NCBI GenBank assembly: GCA_963823665.1
Contig: CAWGMQ010000003.1
Coordinates: 928,001 to 992,000, forward strand
DNA: 64,000 bases
Source of the DNA: an uncultured Planctomycetota bacterium
GTDB taxonomy: Bacteria > Planctomycetota > Planctomycetia > Isosphaerales > Isosphaeraceae
Direction of reading: 5' to 3'
The position numbers were made by a program, and so were the translations under genes. This document shows, in pieces, positions 63,470-64,000 of the stretch (its first letter is position 1; the number at the start of each line of letters is the position of its first letter). Below the pieces are notes generated by a model. It made no database searches, had not been told where the DNA came from, and saw only the letters and a program-made list of their open reading frames with translations.

Positions 63470-64000
63470 TCATGGCGGCGGGGATGAGATCGGGGATCCG
63501 GAGTGACAGAAAAGCACGGCCGTCGCAGCATACAACTCCGCGACCCGCACCAGGTCGTCGATCTCCACCCACTCCGAAACCGTGTGCTGACCGCCGGCCG
63601 CGGGCCGTGGGTGATGGCGGGTACTCGGGCCAGCGCCCAGAAGCTGTTGCCATCGTCGACGAACGGCTTGGGGCCTTCGTGGAGCGGCAAGCCCGAGCGA
63701 GCACTCGACCGGTAGCACGTCTGAAAGGCCTTCACGAGGGACGTATTGGCATCGAGGGCGAATGCATCACGGATCATCATCCAATCGCACGATATCGTGG
63801 TTCCCGTGGCGGCCGCGTGCTCTTCGAGCATGGCACGGAATGCCGTCTCCACGGCCCGATGGTCTTCCCCCGGCAGCCACCGCCTTGTGCCCTCGAGCCA
63901 TGCCTCGTGCGGGTACTGATTGAAGATCTCTCCGGAATGAATCTGCCCGATGAACGCGCTGGCCGCGCCACAGATGGGATGAGCGCGGGTAGCCGAGCTC
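63470..64000 (-). CDS. M20 family peptidase/deacetylase (ArgE/DapE-like), 3' part only, frameshift ~63600
   Basis: IHSGEIFNQYP, DDGNSF..VPAITHGP, HTVSEWVEIDDL. Confidence 0.75.

Overview
This is a high-GC bacterial chromosomal window, most likely Planctomycetota (Isosphaeraceae-like). The assignment rests on a PVC-type CxxCH dehydrogenase, an ECF sigma factor with a very long C-terminal extension, an ASPIC/UnbV protein, planctomycete-type REP and short-period repeats, and the HVRGCWVVD and STGPRT families. About 20 single-base frameshifts break otherwise normal genes, including the 3' ends of ffh and yggS, so most are probably long-read indel errors rather than pseudogenes. Gene content in order: a 3.4 kb gene-free repeat mosaic; GT4 glycosyltransferase; IS1182 inserted in a REP hairpin; DUF932-like gene; TPR protein; ffh-rpsP-trmD-rplS (no rimM); YafQ-type TA pair with a palindromic operator; HAD phosphatase; cynS; secreted and membrane hypotheticals; CRTAC1/ASPIC protein; PVC heme-c dehydrogenase; nitrilase-family hydrolase; RND efflux pair; four tandem secreted TPR paralogues; Uma2 remnant; SRPBCC protein; ThuA + Tat Gfo/Idh/MocA + FGE-fold + ApbE cluster; ECF sigma factor with a Cys-motif partner; yggU/yggS; D-aminoacylase; creatininase; DUF6655 lipoprotein; TrkA-type channel; class III aminotransferase; partial M20 hydrolase. 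The most promising unexplained signals are: (1) a free-standing, terminated four-hairpin RNA candidate at ~56450-56676; (2) a cysteine-less FGE-fold protein with a DAVTRPT flavinylation-like motif encoded head-to-head with apbE; (3) a 68-bp-period three-unit array at 2733-2893; (4) TPR paralogues with an unrelated insert at one shared position. All family names come from motif recognition; no database searches were run.
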